The notes under the pieces are model-generated. The model did not search any database. It was not told the DNA's origin and saw only the letters and a list, made by a program, of their open reading frames with translations. This document shows, in pieces, positions 28,066-42,089 of a DNA stretch of 64,000 nt. Origin of the DNA: Octopus sinensis (taxonomy: Eukaryota); contig NC_042999.1 of NCBI RefSeq assembly GCF_006345805.1, positions 65,224,001-65,288,000 on the forward strand, written 5' to 3'. Position numbers and translations under genes: made by a program. Every line of letters begins with the position of its first letter. Position 1 is the first letter of the stretch.

Positions 28066-28512
28066 TAATAAAAAGTTTTGGATCGTCCAACAATGCACTA
28101 TAATACAGATAATGGGCTATATACATGTCGTAATTTAGTCATCCATAGTCTGATATGATATTTCGGAATAATATTCCTTCGGCAGATATTCTTAAATGGA
28201 GTCGCTGGTATTATCAGTTTTCCAACGGCTTTTCGTATTTATTTTGTTTTTCGAAGCGTCGCAGCAGTGGTCTCATGGTGCCTCTTCCTGGCCGACCTCA
28301 GGTCGCGAGACCACTTCTGAGACGCTTCCAAGAAAAATATAAAAGAAAAGCCATTGGGAAAACTTTTATAGCAGCGACTCCCTCTAAGAATATATGAAGA
28401 AGGAATATTATTCTGAAATATCATATCAGACTATGGATGACTAAATTACAACAGGTATATAGCCCATTGTCTATATTATAGTGCATTGTTGTACCATTAA
28501 AAACTTTTTATT
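28066..28512. repeat. Older fold-back inverted repeat with a minimal HHR in each arm (family D)
   Basis: Arms about 28066-28274 and 28307-28512. The - copy at 28153-28189 reads ATAT-CTGCCGAA-GGAA-tatta-TTCC-GAAA-TA-T-C-ATAT. The + copy at 28390-28426 reads ATAT-ATGAAGAA-GGAA-tatta-TTCT-GAAA-TA-T-C-ATAT. Confidence 0.75.
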
Positions 28513-28528
28513 TATTTATTTATTTATA

Positions 28529-28559
<31 letters not shown>

Positions 28560-28707
28560 CATAATTATGGGATAAATTCATTAAAATTAATGAGTTTTTC
28601 AGTGGCCAACATATAAAAAAAAACCTTATTTCAAGATAATATAATTGTATAGGATACAATTTCACCTAAGGGCACGGATGTTACCACGCCTGTATGTTGA
28701 AAATATA

Positions 28708-28868
28708 TATTTCTTTATCGTCCACAAGGGGTTAAACATAGAGGGGACAAACAAGGACAGACAAAGGGATTAAGTCGATTACATCGACCCCAGTGCGTAA
28801 CTGATACTTTATTTATAGACTCCGAAAGGATGAAAAGCAAAGTCAACCTCGGCGGAATTTGAACTCAC
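28708..28868 (-). mobile_element. SINE S2 body
   Basis: ACAAACAAGGACAGACAAAGGGATTAAGTCGATTACATCGACCCCAGTGCG. Confidence 0.85.
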
Positions 28869-29044
28869 AGTGTTGAAAATAGACGTCAAATACGTCAAAC
28901 AATTGCAGATGTTCACTCAACTTATAGAACCTGTGTATATGCGGAGTTAGTAACTGCAGTGGTTGCAAGTGTTTGACGTCTACTTTCAGCAAATAGGCAT
29001 GGTAGTTACATTGTATCCTATACAATTCTCTCTCTCTCTGTCGC

Positions 29045-29116
<72 letters not shown>

Positions 29117-29174
29117 TACATGTATGTGAGTGTGTGTATATATACATATATATGTATATATACATACATATATA

Positions 29175-29320
29175 TATGTTTAGTTTCCATCTGCGAAATC
29201 CACTTACACGGTTTTGGTTCGCCCTGGCTATATATAGTAGAAGACACTTGACCAAGGTGCCAAGCAGTGGGACAGAAGCCGGAACCATGTTGTTGGGAAG
29301 GAAGTTACCACAAGTCACGC
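29175..29320 (-). mobile_element. SINE S1 head
   Basis: AAATCCAC...AGAAGACACTTGACCAAGGTGCC...GGAACCATGT. Confidence 0.75.
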
Positions 29321-29957
29321 CTATGTATGTATGTAATTATATATATGTATATGTGTGTGTATTAGTCATATTCTTATTTAATTGAACGCCACGCATCCGT
29401 TTGCAATTAAATTTATTTGAACCTATCTGTCTGTCTGTTTGTATCTCTCTCTCCTTCTTTCGCTTCTCTCGTCGTTCAAACGTGAGCATCGTACTTCTTT
29501 CTTTTCCTCACGTGACCATCTTCCTTTTCGTGCACAGAGGTTCAAAGGACTGGAGTTATTCTATCTTCTATCTTTTCTCTTTTCAAAGAAAATATTTCTC
29601 CCGGAGATCACTATTTTTCCTTTCCTTCTGGTCTAACGAGCGATCATTTTTTTTCGTTCGGTTTCAGTGTATGTCTCCACTGTCCTGTGTTTTTGTTCCC
29701 AACTTTGACCCTCCATAAATCCTAAATTTTAATTTGGAATTTATGGGAGGAACTGTATTTGAAGACTCACATTGTCGTTGATTACTCGAAATGAGTAGAT
29801 AGACAGCTGACAAATGATGAAGGGTCATTCTCTGTGTTTACTTGTACTGTTTTCCATTTTCTCTCGTTCTTTGCGTATTGAGCTCATTTGTTTTCGTATT
29901 CCATCTTGTTTTCACAGTTGGTGACGTCCTGTAGCCATATATGAATGTGTGTGTGTG

Positions 29958-29994
<37 letters not shown>

Positions 29995-29995
<1 letters not shown>

Positions 29996-30135
29996 ACAGG
30001 CTTTCCGATACCAAATCCACTCACAAGGCTTTGGTCGGCCCGAGACTATAGTAGAAGACACTTGTCCAAGGTGCAACGCAGTGGGATTGAACCCGGAACG
30101 ATATGGTTGGTAAGCAAGCTACTTACCACATAGCC
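29995..30135 (-). mobile_element. SINE S1 head
   Basis: AAATCCACTCACAAGGCTTTGGTCGGCCCGAGACTATAGTAGAAGACAC. Confidence 0.85.
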
Positions 30136-30317
30136 ATGTATATACATTTGCGTCTATGTGCGTGCATGTCTCCGCATATGTGCCTCTTTGTAATTTGTAT
30201 CTCTCTATCTAAATATGTCTCCTCCTACCTTCCTACCTACCCACATACCTACCTAACCTACCTACCAACATATCTATCTCTCTATATATATCTGTCTTTC
30301 TATATCATCTATATCTA

Positions 30318-30411
<94 letters not shown>

Positions 30412-30413
30412 CC

Positions 30414-30444
<31 letters not shown>

Positions 30445-30555
30445 CTACCTACCTACCTACCTACCTACCTCTCTCTCTCTATCTATATATATAATATATT
30501 TATGTATTATAGAAACATATATATATATATATATCTACCTATCTATATATATATA

Positions 30556-30619
<64 letters not shown>

Positions 30620-31104
30620 TGTATGAATGTATGTATATGTGTGTGTATATGGGCAATATTAAGATATTGGCTTCATTTCAATCTAAAATAACGATCCTTC
30701 TTTAACTAGTGTTTCTACAATGATAATACGCATGTATTATACGAGTTAGTTATTACCCTGTTTCTGATTTTCGTTTCGTTTCATTTAGTTTTTCTTATAG
30801 TTGCTCCGCTTATGTTAAACTGTTTCATTATGAAATTAATTTACTACGTTAATTTTCAATTTCTAAAGAAATCATCACGTCGAAATTCGGAATTCTATTA
30901 TTCAACTCAAGAAGTAGTCATGGAATTGTGAAGAAAAGAACTATTTTAAGCTCCAGGTTAGAAAGCGTTCCACTCCACTAGTGCAGAAATGTAATGAAAA
31001 CCAGCGAAGTGATATAATGAAGAGGCGGAATTTCGACTGAAACGAAGACCGCGCTAAATAAAGCCGCGCCAAACACTGTACTTTGTAACCAGAGTTCCAA
31101 CATT

Positions 31105-31170
<66 letters not shown>

Positions 31171-31457
31171 TATATATATATATATATGTATATATGTTTA
31201 TATATATATATATTATATATATATCTATATAGTATGTATATATGTATATATATATATGTATATATGTATATATATGTATATATATATGTATATATATAGT
31301 ATATATATGTATATATATATGTATATATATATGTTATATATGTATATATATATGTAGATCTATGTATAGAATATATATATGTACACATATATATATACAT
31401 ATATATAGACATATATATATATGTATGTATATACAAATATATATGTGTGTGTGTATT

Positions 31458-31492
<35 letters not shown>

Positions 31493-31600
31493 TTATATAT
31501 ATATGTATATATATATGTATATATATATGTATATATATATGCATAATATATATGTATATATATATATTACAACATATATAACATATATATACATATATAC

Positions 31601-31673
<73 letters not shown>

Positions 31674-32129
31674 TAGGTGTGTGTGTATGTATATGTTTAT
31701 ATATATATATATATAATATATATAACATATTTATATATGTATGTATATGTAGATATATATATGTGTGTATGTCTACATATATATATATATATATGTATAT
31801 ATATTTAGATATCAAAAGAATGTTTATAACACTATTCCACATATGCAAAAACATAAATAAAAATCTCCTTAAGATATATCATTCTACAAAACTTAACGAA
31901 TATAGAATACGTAGAAGAGTAAACCATAACGTGTTTATAGAGTTATAAATAACATCAGAAATACAATAATATGATAAAATTTGTTTAATCATTGGAAACT
32001 CTTATATAACGGCAATTGTTTCGCAGCTTAATATAATATCCCTGGATATTTTATTGTATTATATTTTATAAAAAGTGAATTTCTTATGTCTGCATTATTA
32101 TTAACAATCTTTCAATTAATGAAGGCGTC

Positions 32130-32285
32130 TACTAAAAACCTTGATTCCCAACCGCAACGTTCTGGGTTCAGTTTCACTGCGTTGCACGTTCGGCGAGTGT
32201 TTATTTAATATAGCTTTGGGTCGACGAAAGCCTTGTGAGAAGATTTGGTAGATGGAAATCGAAAGAAGCCCGTGCGTCTCTATCT
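32130..32285 (+). mobile_element. SINE S1 head, decayed
   Basis: TGGGTTCAGTTTCACTGCG...AGCCTTGTGAGAAGATTTGGTAGATGGAAA. Confidence 0.7.
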
Positions 32286-32352
32286 CTCCCTCCTTCTCTC
32301 CCTCTCCCCCTTTCTTTCTCCCTCTCTCCCTCTCCTCCCTCTCTCTCTTTAT

Positions 32353-32386
<34 letters not shown>

Positions 32387-32389
<3 letters not shown>

Positions 32390-32655
32390 CTGTAAAATAA
32401 TGTGTGACAATTCGTCTGTAGCCAAGATAAAAATCTGGGTTTCGGATGCCGAGGTGGAAATCCACACCACCATCTCTTCGGTTATCTGGTCAGATAACCG
32501 AAGATGGTGGTGTGGATTTCCATCTCGGCATCCGAAACTCAGAGTTTTATCTTGGCTACAGAATAATTGTCACATATTATTTTACAGATAAATTCCTCTA
32601 TTTACATAATATTGAGGTCTCTTTCTTTCTTTTGTTATCTTACCGTTTTTACCAA
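32387..32655. mobile_element. Inverted dimer of HHR family B
   Basis: Arms 32387-32488 and 32491-32590 with a 2-nt centre. Both arms carry damaged HHRs (core CCGAAGA). The right arm continues into the longer tail. Confidence 0.85.
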
Positions 32656-32984
32656 TATATATATATATATGTATATATATGTCTTGTACTCTGTTTGTTC
32701 GTTGTTAAAAAAAGGCCGTTTCCATGTTTGTTTTTATGTTTTCGTTTCTCGTTGAGTTCTACATCTATTTGTGGTGTCCTGTACTCATATATATATATAT
32801 ATATATATATGAATGTATATATACATGTAGATGTAGGTACGTACATATATGTATGCATATATCTTATTTATTAAATTAATTTACGACTGAGCGCCGTCGC
32901 GTCGTTTCGTTTCCTTTCTTTTCTCCAAGTAAGTTTTTATATATATATATTTTGTTTGTGTATGTGTATTTCTTATATTCTTTT

Positions 32985-33185
32985 ACTTGTTTCAGTCATT
33001 TTGCTGTGAACATGCTGGAGCACTGCCGTTTAGTCGAAGAAATCGACCCTTGGACTTATTCTTTGTAACCCTGGTACTCATTCTATCGATTACTTTTACC
33101 GGACCGCTAAGTTACGGGGACGTAAACAGACCAATATCGGTTGCCAAGCTATAATGCGGGTGGTGGGGACAAACATAGACACAAG
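32985..33185 (-). mobile_element. SINE S1 3' half
   Basis: CTTGTTTCAGTCATTTTGCTGTGAACATGCTGGAGCACTGCC. Confidence 0.85.
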
Positions 33186-33479
33186 CGCACAAATATATAC
33201 AAATATATTTATTATATATTTATTTTATATTTATTTTATATTTTATATTGTATTACTAATAATAGCATGTCTAAGAATTCTTTTCGATATATCAATATAA
33301 TTTATATTGTAACTCATAAAGCAATCTTTATTATATTTTATATTTATTTTAATTTATCCATATTTATATCTCCGTTATAACTTTTATATCATTCTGTAAA
33401 GAAATATTTTATAAAATTTTTATACTTTTTACATTTTATATATTACTTTCTATGTATTATACCCTCTTAACATACAAAT

Positions 33480-33505
33480 ACATACATGTATATATATACA
33501 TATAT

Positions 33506-33537
<32 letters not shown>

Positions 33538-33898
33538 ATGTTATGTATATGTGTGTATGTATAATATATCATATATATGTGTGTATATGTATATAATATA
33601 TGTGTGTAATATATATCATATTGTGTGTGTATGTATAATATATATCATGATATATATATATTTGTATATATGGTGTGTGTGTGTATACCATGTGTTGTAT
33701 GTGTATGTGTATATGTACATATGCGCGTGCGCTCGGTGTTTATGCCTCTGTAGGTACGTAGAGTTATCTATGTATGTATTTATATGTACATGTGTGTGTG
33801 TATGTATATATATGTATATATGTATGTGTATGTGTGTGTGTATATATATATGTATGTATATATGTATGTGTATGTTATGTGTATATATGTATGTATTA

Positions 33899-33935
<37 letters not shown>

Positions 33936-35150
33936 AAGTTTATATGTATGTATCCGTCTATATAATGGTAACTGCACGTACATATACTTAATATTTATTA
34001 TTTATTTTGGGAGTATGCATGTACGAATAACTGCGCGTATATATATTTTACTATTTACTTATTTTTTGAGTATGCATGTAAGTATGAAATAAGGAGGCGC
34101 GTGTGTGTGTATGTGTAAGCATAGATATATGTATACTTTTACGCATGTGTGTCTTATGTGTATATATGGATGCGCGCGCGCGTGTGTGTGTGTGTATGGG
34201 TACGCATGTACATGTGTATGTGCGTGTAGTGTATATATATGTATATGTGTGTGTATGCGTATGTGTGTGTATATGTGTGTTGTGTATATTGTTAGTATAT
34301 ATATGTGAATATATATATATTATATATATTATGTATAGATATACATGTAGTATTTGTATGTAGGTGTATATGTATGTGTGTGTATTTATATTATTGGTGT
34401 GTATATATAGACTAGCCTTCTAAGAGTGTAGACATAAATCTGTAGGTACGCGTACGTATGTGTATATACGTGAATGTATGTAGATGGATGTATGTATGAA
34501 TATAACGCGTGCGTGCGTGTATGTGTATGAGTGTACGAATGAGTGAGAGTACGTGCTAAAGAGTGTGCGTGAGTGAATGAGTGCTTGTTTTCCAGTAGAC
34601 AGATAAATGGACTGGCTGTCATAGCCAAGATGTTTGTGACCAAGCGGCCAAAGATAACAAAAGTAATAAACGAAGATAGTAAAATTAAAATTAGGGAATG
34701 GGTCTGTATTTGTATGTGTATATATATGTGTGTATGTGTAGGTTTGCATAGGTACACATATGTATATATATATACATGTATGTATATGTATGTGTGTGTA
34801 TATGTGTGTGTATGTGTATATATGTGTATATAGGGACTAGTGTGCTGTGTGTGCATGTGTGTGTGTGGATATGTGTGTGTATGCGTGTATGTGAGTATGT
34901 GTGTGTATGTGTATATATATTTTTCTGTGCGTATATGTATGTGAGGTCGTGTGTGTATATATACATGTGTGTATACGTGTATGCATGTGAGTGTGTGTAT
35001 GTATACATATATGTGTATGTGTAGATATGTATATGTATGTGTATGTGTAAGTGTATCTATATGTATATATATGTGTGTGTATGTATGTGTGTATGTATAT
35101 GTATATATGTTTGTATGTGTGTGTATGTATGCATACATGTGTGCATAGGT
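33480..35150. repeat. Degenerate (TG/TA)n low-complexity tract
   Basis: Direct inspection. Source of the VCVY/HTHT ORFs. Confidence 0.9.
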
Positions 35151-35613
35151 ATAAGTGAGAATCTCCTTATTTGCCTAAAACTCTATTCCCCCCTTTTTTT
35201 ATATATAGGTTTTTTTATATATAGTTTTTTTTATTATTTATTTTTTATATTATTTTTTTTTTTTTTTATTTTTTTATTTTTTTATTTATTCTTCTATCTA
35301 ATTTAACACTGACTCCTTGACCACTCCCCCAAGTATGATATTTTGCGCTATGCCTACCCCCCAAAAAAGTCCCCCACAACACCCTGTTAAACCTGCCTAA
35401 TGTATAAATGCCATACAATTCTTGTTAACTAGCTCCTGAAGATTTCTCTTGAATGAAACATTTCTAGTCCTGTAGAAGCTCCTTCTATATAATAAATTAA
35501 TTTACTCTGCTTTGTATTGAGTACCTTATTTACTGTGGTTAACCCCGAATCAACCCGGGACCTACATATATATATATACATATATATATATATCTATAAT
35601 ATTATATATACAT

Positions 35614-35677
<64 letters not shown>

Positions 35678-35907
35678 TATATATATATATACATATATAT
35701 ATAATATATATATAAATTATATTATTTTTTTTGCCACCCTGTATTGATTAATTATGAATTTCTGGTTAATTCCGTAATGGAATCGGCGGCTTATATTTAT
35801 TTGCTGCCGATAAATTTGGCGCGAGTGCGATGATTTGAAATTTTAGGTCAGATATTGCCGAGGCAGGGACGGGAAGCCTCGTGAAAAATATCTGTTCCGA
35901 CTTGGCT

Positions 35908-36012
35908 ATTTCTTACTGATGAATCTAAGGGCCTATGGTAGATTGGCTTGATTTATTTAATCAGGTTAGTTTACCATTAACAGTAGATGAAACGGTGCAT
36001 CGTATAAGAAAT
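35908..36012 (+). ncRNA. Type I hammerhead ribozyme with a canonical core (family E)
   Basis: Stem I ATTTCTTA/TAAGAAAT (8 bp). CTGATGA 35916-22. Stem II ATCTA/TAGAT. GAAA 35989-92. Stem III ACG-gtgcat-CGT, near-palindromic. GUA site, cleavage after 36004. Confidence 0.8.
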
Positions 36013-36131
36013 TACAGGGAAATGTTTTTTAATTTTCTCCTGGTTTACGGAATTGATGTTATTTTGCGGTTGAGGCTTTTGGCTGTTATTTCTAGTGGGT
36101 GAATGGCCTATTATGGCCATTCCTTGATTGG

Positions 36132-36182
<51 letters not shown>

Positions 36183-36233
36183 TATTATATATTATATATA
36201 TATATACATATATATTATACATATATATATTAC

Positions 36234-36266
<33 letters not shown>

Positions 36267-36268
36267 CA

Positions 36269-36313
<45 letters not shown>

Positions 36314-36401
36314 TATATATATATTATATATATACATATATATATATATATTATATATATATATATAGATATATATATATATATATATATACATATATAT
36401 A

Positions 36402-36729
36402 TTTCGGAGACCCCCTTCGGTCACGACACAGACCATGGGATTGCACCAAGAAAGTTACCCTCCTAGACACAAGTCCGGGCGAGGTGTTTATGGAAGACCC
36501 AGCAGTCGCCCATGCATACCAGCCTCCCCTCTCCACGCCACCAGTGTTATCCGAGGGAAAGAGAAAAGGGCCGATACAGCTTGGCACCTGTGACGTCGCA
36601 ACTCATTTCTACAGCTGAGTGAACTGGAACAACGTGAAATAAAGTGTCTTGCTCAAGAACACAACACGCAGCTCAACAACCTTACGATCGTAAGCTCGAC
36701 GCTCTAACCACTGAGCCATGCGCCTTCAC
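36402..36729 (-). mobile_element. tRNA-derived SINE family S4 with a CORE-like central domain
   Basis: Reverse complement reads GGCGCATGGCTCAGTGGTTAGAGC...TTGAGCAAGACACTTTATTTCAC...CAGCTGTAGAAATGAGT. A second fragment lies at about 52640-52720. Confidence 0.8.
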
Positions 36730-36760
<31 letters not shown>

Positions 36761-36761
36761 G

Positions 36762-36792
<31 letters not shown>

Positions 36793-36854
36793 TTTATATA
36801 TATACATATATATTATACATATATATATATATATACATATTATATATATTATAT

Positions 36855-36933
<79 letters not shown>

Positions 36934-37034
36934 CATATCGATGATATACAGTTTCAGTTTATACATATTATATATACATATATATATTATATTTTATATA
37001 TATACATATATATATCATATATATATATATACCC

Positions 37035-37067
<33 letters not shown>

Positions 37068-37087
37068 ATATATATACATACATATAT

Positions 37088-37121
<34 letters not shown>

Positions 37122-38139
37122 CATACATATATATATATATTATATTATATATATATATACATATAATATATATCTATATATATAACATATATATATATAT
37201 ATATCATATCGATGAGATAGCAGTTTCAAAGTTTAATATGTTGCATAAGAAATTTCTTTATTAATCCATTCTTTGTTTGGAGCAATAACGTTTTAATTTC
37301 CATATAAATTTCAAAATTATCTTAATGACATGTTTCGATGAAGACCTGTAGGTCGCCTATTGCTAGCGGGTTTGGGCAATTATTAATATGGCGTCATGCG
37401 AAAGATTGTCTAATTCTTAAAGTCACAATGACCGGATATAAAATTGCTTAACGTATAAAGCCAGGTTATTCTGATGCTCAATTTAATGCTTGCTGATTTT
37501 CTGCTTGATCTTTTAACATAAATATACAATACGCAGCTATCATCCCAAGTTATAATGCAAGGTTGATAACTCTATGTAAAAATTAAAAAAATAGATGATA
37601 TCGCCATATTCTATATCGATTCATGAAGCTTCGTAGAAGAGAAGACAATCTTAAGATTTTGTGTGAAATCTGTGTACAGAAATACGAAAACAATGAGCGC
37701 CACTCCCATCCGACCACCACACGAATACGAATCATGTGAAATGAAATAAAGAACGAAACTAACTTGGAATGAAACGGTAAACAATTATAGGGCCGGTGGT
37801 GATATTTGTCTGTTGAAGTACGATAGAAAGGAATTCAGTGCAAACTATAAAAATGCGGTAACAACTGGATTCCATTACCACTTCTTTTAGGTCAGTATGC
37901 CGACAACGAAAATGTGAACACACATACCAAAGTTATTGTCTAAAGCATTAATAAAATGCTGGTCAAAAAGATTAAAGTGGTTTGGAAAAACATCATCCGC
38001 AGTTCAGTATGAAAACCTACATCGACAATGAAACAGCTGTAGAAGACTAGGATATCAGAGAAGCCACCTATACCTTTATATATGTCAATGACATAAATCC
38101 CCTACTTCAAGGGGCCATGATACCACATGCCACGACAAA

Positions 38140-38480
38140 GCTTAACATTTAGACATGATGATACCTGATGATACATGCTCTGAAGTCCAGGCAAATTTGC
38201 AGAAAGTGTATGGAGAGGAGCTTATAAAACACACAGGAGTGTATGAGTGGTTCAGACGCTTCCAAGATGGCTGACAAAAATGTCGCTATTGACGAAGGTC
38301 CGGTGAGATCCGCAACCAGCAGAACTGCGAAAATCTTTACAGATGTGCGTGCAGCTGTAAGAGGAAATAGTCGAATCACCATACGTGAGTTATTATATGA
38401 TGTACAGATTAGTTACTATCCGGTTCAATCCATTAGCACTGAAAATTTGGATATTAGACGCGCGTCTACTTTCAACTGGC
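38140..38480 (+). pseudogene. Mariner transposase N-terminal HTH remnant
   Basis: LQKVYGEE...VYEWFRRFQDG and SATSRT...VRAAVRGNSRITIREL..DVQISY. Confidence 0.7.
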
Positions 38481-38843
38481 CAAAAAGACACTCGAGCTTC
38501 CGTTATACAAAATCTTTATTGCGTCGAAAACTATGAACGGATTTTGAAAACTTTACGTAGGCCTCTAAGCAGGTATCGCCAAGCTTTTTGGCAAGTTTTG
38601 AAGCACATTCTCTGCTCATCTTTCTCTGTCATGTTCAATGCGATGATCACACGCTACACACCTTCCTTCTAAGCACTGCTCTAAACAGCAGAAGTGAACT
38701 AGAACATTAAATCTCAGTGCACGTGCACAGCAGAATTCAAGTTCAGTCTGTGCCAAGCGGCTTCACTCAGTGTGCTTTAGCTTCGTTACTATGGCAACAG
38801 TCCGGATACTTATTGATCAGACTACGTATGTGTGTGTGTGTGT

Positions 38844-38893
<50 letters not shown>

Positions 38894-39309
38894 ATGACTA
38901 TCCCCCACCACCGTTTCACAACCGCTATTGACTTTTTTGAGTCCCCAGAACTTAGCATTTCACCAATGACAGATTAATTAATATCGGAAATGATTTCTGT
39001 TCAACGAAATATGTGATTATACACTACGCAAAATAATGAGTAATTCTCACTCCTCATTCTATTCCAAACGTATATGATTCGGATTCTGCAGGATACAGGA
39101 AGGAACATTTCTGCGAATCGACAATCGGAACCTCAATTCCGACATCTTTCATCACTTTGGGTGTTACGCATGAATCATCAGAGAAACATTTGCCTTCCTC
39201 ATCCTCCATGATCTCTACATCTTTCTGCCTAGGCCTGATATGTTAAAGTTTTCTCAATTCGATTGGTATCCGTTCAATTATCTTATGGTTAAGTACAGTT
39301 CATAATCTC

Positions 39310-39485
39310 GCAACGCCCGGCAAAATGCTTAGCGGTCAAAATGCTTAGCTCTTCTTCTCGTTCTGAGTTTAAATTCCGTCGAAGTCGACTTTGCATTTCA
39401 TTCTTTAGGAGTCGATAAATTAAGTACCAGTCAAGTACTGCGGTCGATGTAATCGACTTACCACCTCCCTACAAATTTCAGAAGC
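39310..39485 (+). mobile_element. SINE S2 fragment
   Basis: TTCTGAGTTTAAATTCCGTCGAAGTCGACTTTGC...GTCGATAAATTAAGTACCAG. Confidence 0.8.
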
Positions 39486-40299
39486 CGGCCCTGCCCAAGG
39501 TACGCCAAGAGCGATGTAACCGTTCTGCACGCCCTAATCCAGCACCCGAGTATTACTGACCTATGGGTTTATGTCGAATACTTGCTGTCACGTGTGGGAC
39601 GAATCCAGCCATCAGCTGAATCCATTGTGAAGATTGCACCTTCGCCCTCTTTTGCCCGGGAGGGGTAGGAAATTTTCATTTGTTTAGTGGCTGTATCGAA
39701 AGAGGTATCATGCTGGACCCGATTGAAAGGGCTAAAGACTGAAAGGGCTAATACTTTCGTCAACTTTTTCAAGTCTCACTTGGAAAGGAAGTTAAAGGTA
39801 GAGAGGCAAATGTTGCCTTGTAGCAAGTTTGTTGAAAGTGGGTGAATGTTGGAAGAATGGCCAATGTTAAAGGACCCATTTTGAGCTTGCAGCTGTGAAA
39901 AAAGGAGAAGCGCTCTTACCCTGTTGTTCGGACACCCGTGGATTTTGTGAGTTTTTCCACGAGGACATTAAAACGCCTCCAATATTGGCAATTTTTAATT
40001 TTTTCGTTTTTTTTATTACATTGTGTACACGCGAAAATCCATTATATCATCCGGTCTTTGTCTTTAATATTGTCTTTTAATGTAATTTATGCGAGCCCTT
40101 GCGGCTAATAAAAGAATTTTTCTTCTTCTTCTTCTTCTTCTCTTCTTCTTCTTCTTCTTCTTCTTCTTCTTCTTCTCTTCTTCTTCTTCTTCTTCTCCTC
40201 CACCTTCTTATTATTATTATATGTTTGACTTTTGCTTTGTATTTCTACAAGTTGGCTCACATCTCACCCAGAGAACTGTTAAGTTCACTTCTAAGGGCT

Positions 40300-40438
40300 A
40301 TTAGGGCGAAGGTAAGTAACCTTGGTAAATGCAACAGTTGATATTAATATTGGTTGCAGTTAGTACTCCATTAGAGTGGTATAATTGGAGATTCGTATTC
40401 CACGCTGACATGTGCTTCAGGAAGTTTGAAATCACAGG

Positions 40439-40440
<2 letters not shown>
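40300..40440 (-). pseudogene. R4-clade LINE RT fragment
   Basis: KHMSAWNTNLQLYHSNGVLTATNININCCIYQGYLPSP, resembling M..W.T.L......I.I..GIYQGDSLSP. Confidence 0.65.
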
Positions 40441-40508
<68 letters not shown>

Positions 40509-40620
40509 GTTATTATTGTTATTATTGTTATTATTATTGTTATTATTGTTATTATTGTTGTTATTATTGTTATTATTGTTATTATTATTATTATTATTAC
40601 CATTATCATTATTATTATTC
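40441..40620. repeat. (ATT)n array; a (TTC)n array lies at about 40120-40200
   Basis: Direct inspection. Confidence 0.95.
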
Positions 40621-40789
40621 TTGCCGTTGCTTCTGCTGCTGTTGTTGTTTTTGTTGTTTTTTCTTCCTTTTATGCGTTCGATAAAATCACATGCCGGGCT
40701 ACACGCAGCACCCAAGGGCAACTGATGCTTAAGAGATGATTAATGCAATGGAAAGCTTGGATTGGGAAACTAGTTGGACAATACATAAA

Positions 40790-41750
40790 TACACTACACA
40801 ACAATAAAACACACTACGCAACATTTAAGTCGATAGGGTTTTTTCGAAAGATATGGGTAGTCATTGCTAACACAATTTCTTTGATTTCTGCAACAGATGT
40901 GTCTCGTGGGTGTTTATGGAAATGTTTCTGACATCTTTTCTTTTATCTATCAAAAGCACTTACAAGCTTCCAAATGCCACATTTTCTGTATTTCAATTTA
41001 TAGATCTTTATATTTACTGAGCTTGTCAAATTCCTTGAAAAATAATATTCTTTCCATTAGGGACATTATATATATCAAGTAACTAACATTTTCTTTCGTG
41101 TCTTTAAATATTACGTCTGATCGATTAACCTTGATAGTCAGTGTCGAGTGGTTAATCTCATGTTCTTTAACTACATACTCATACCAGGTTAGTACTTCCA
41201 TATTTTCCAATGTAAATATTGTGCTCTCCAGTCATGGCGATTTTTATATTTGTTTGATATTAGTACAAGGCTGACAAAAACGACGGTGAGCTATTTCATT
41301 AAATTTGCTGCAAAATCTGCATTTTGTGTTAGCACTGATTTGAAGAATATTTGCCACGTAATTTCTAGTAAACAGATTTTTTTCCTTGAGCAGCTCCAAT
41401 GAAGGCTTCTGTCTCTGCTTTCAGTCCTGAAATCTGCAGGCATCGGTGGGTTGTTTTTCAGTCAATATCAGTATGTTGGTTTCGAAGTATATATTGACCC
41501 TGCAGGGACTTTTGGCTTCACTTGTCCTTATATTGCATTCGTCCATTCATTTGAGCAGTTCATTTGATTCTTTTATTTGCTTGGAAACCATGGTTTCAGG
41601 TTTTTCGTCCAATTCAGGATTAATGTTAGGTTCCCTTACGAATTTAAACGTTTCCTTGACAACGGAGCAAGACATTTTGCCGTTCACATATTCATACTCA
41701 AGTTGTAGCGTTAAGAACCTATTATATGAAGTGCAGAATAGACAACACTA
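40790..41750 (-). pseudogene. R4/Dong/Rex6-clade LINE 3' part (CCHC knuckle and RLE endonuclease)
   Basis: SGLKAETEAFIGAAQ, TKCRFCSKF, YKNRHDWRAQYLHWKI, NRSDVIFKD and KEFDKLSKYKDL.IEIQKMW, with frameshifts. Confidence 0.85.
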
Positions 41751-42089
41751 CCGATAGTGACTAACGCAGTATGTGTGGTGAAACTTTTAACTCGCGGGCC
41801 ACTAACTCGTGCACGTCTACTCTCTTGCCAGTTACGGCCGCATAACTCGGGCCTCTACCTGGCGCCTTCTCCATCTTCCCACAATGGGGAACCAAACAAC
41901 AATTACAGAATCAACAATGGTAACAATTTGAACAACAATGTCAACAATTCGAATAATAATTCAATAAATATTTCAGCACTAACTCACGTAAAATATAATA
42001 ACAACGCCCAAGGCACTACATAGTGTCAGTTCAGTTGGTAAAAAGTTCAGTTTTTCAGTCTCGATGAATAAGTGACCAAATAAAAACAG

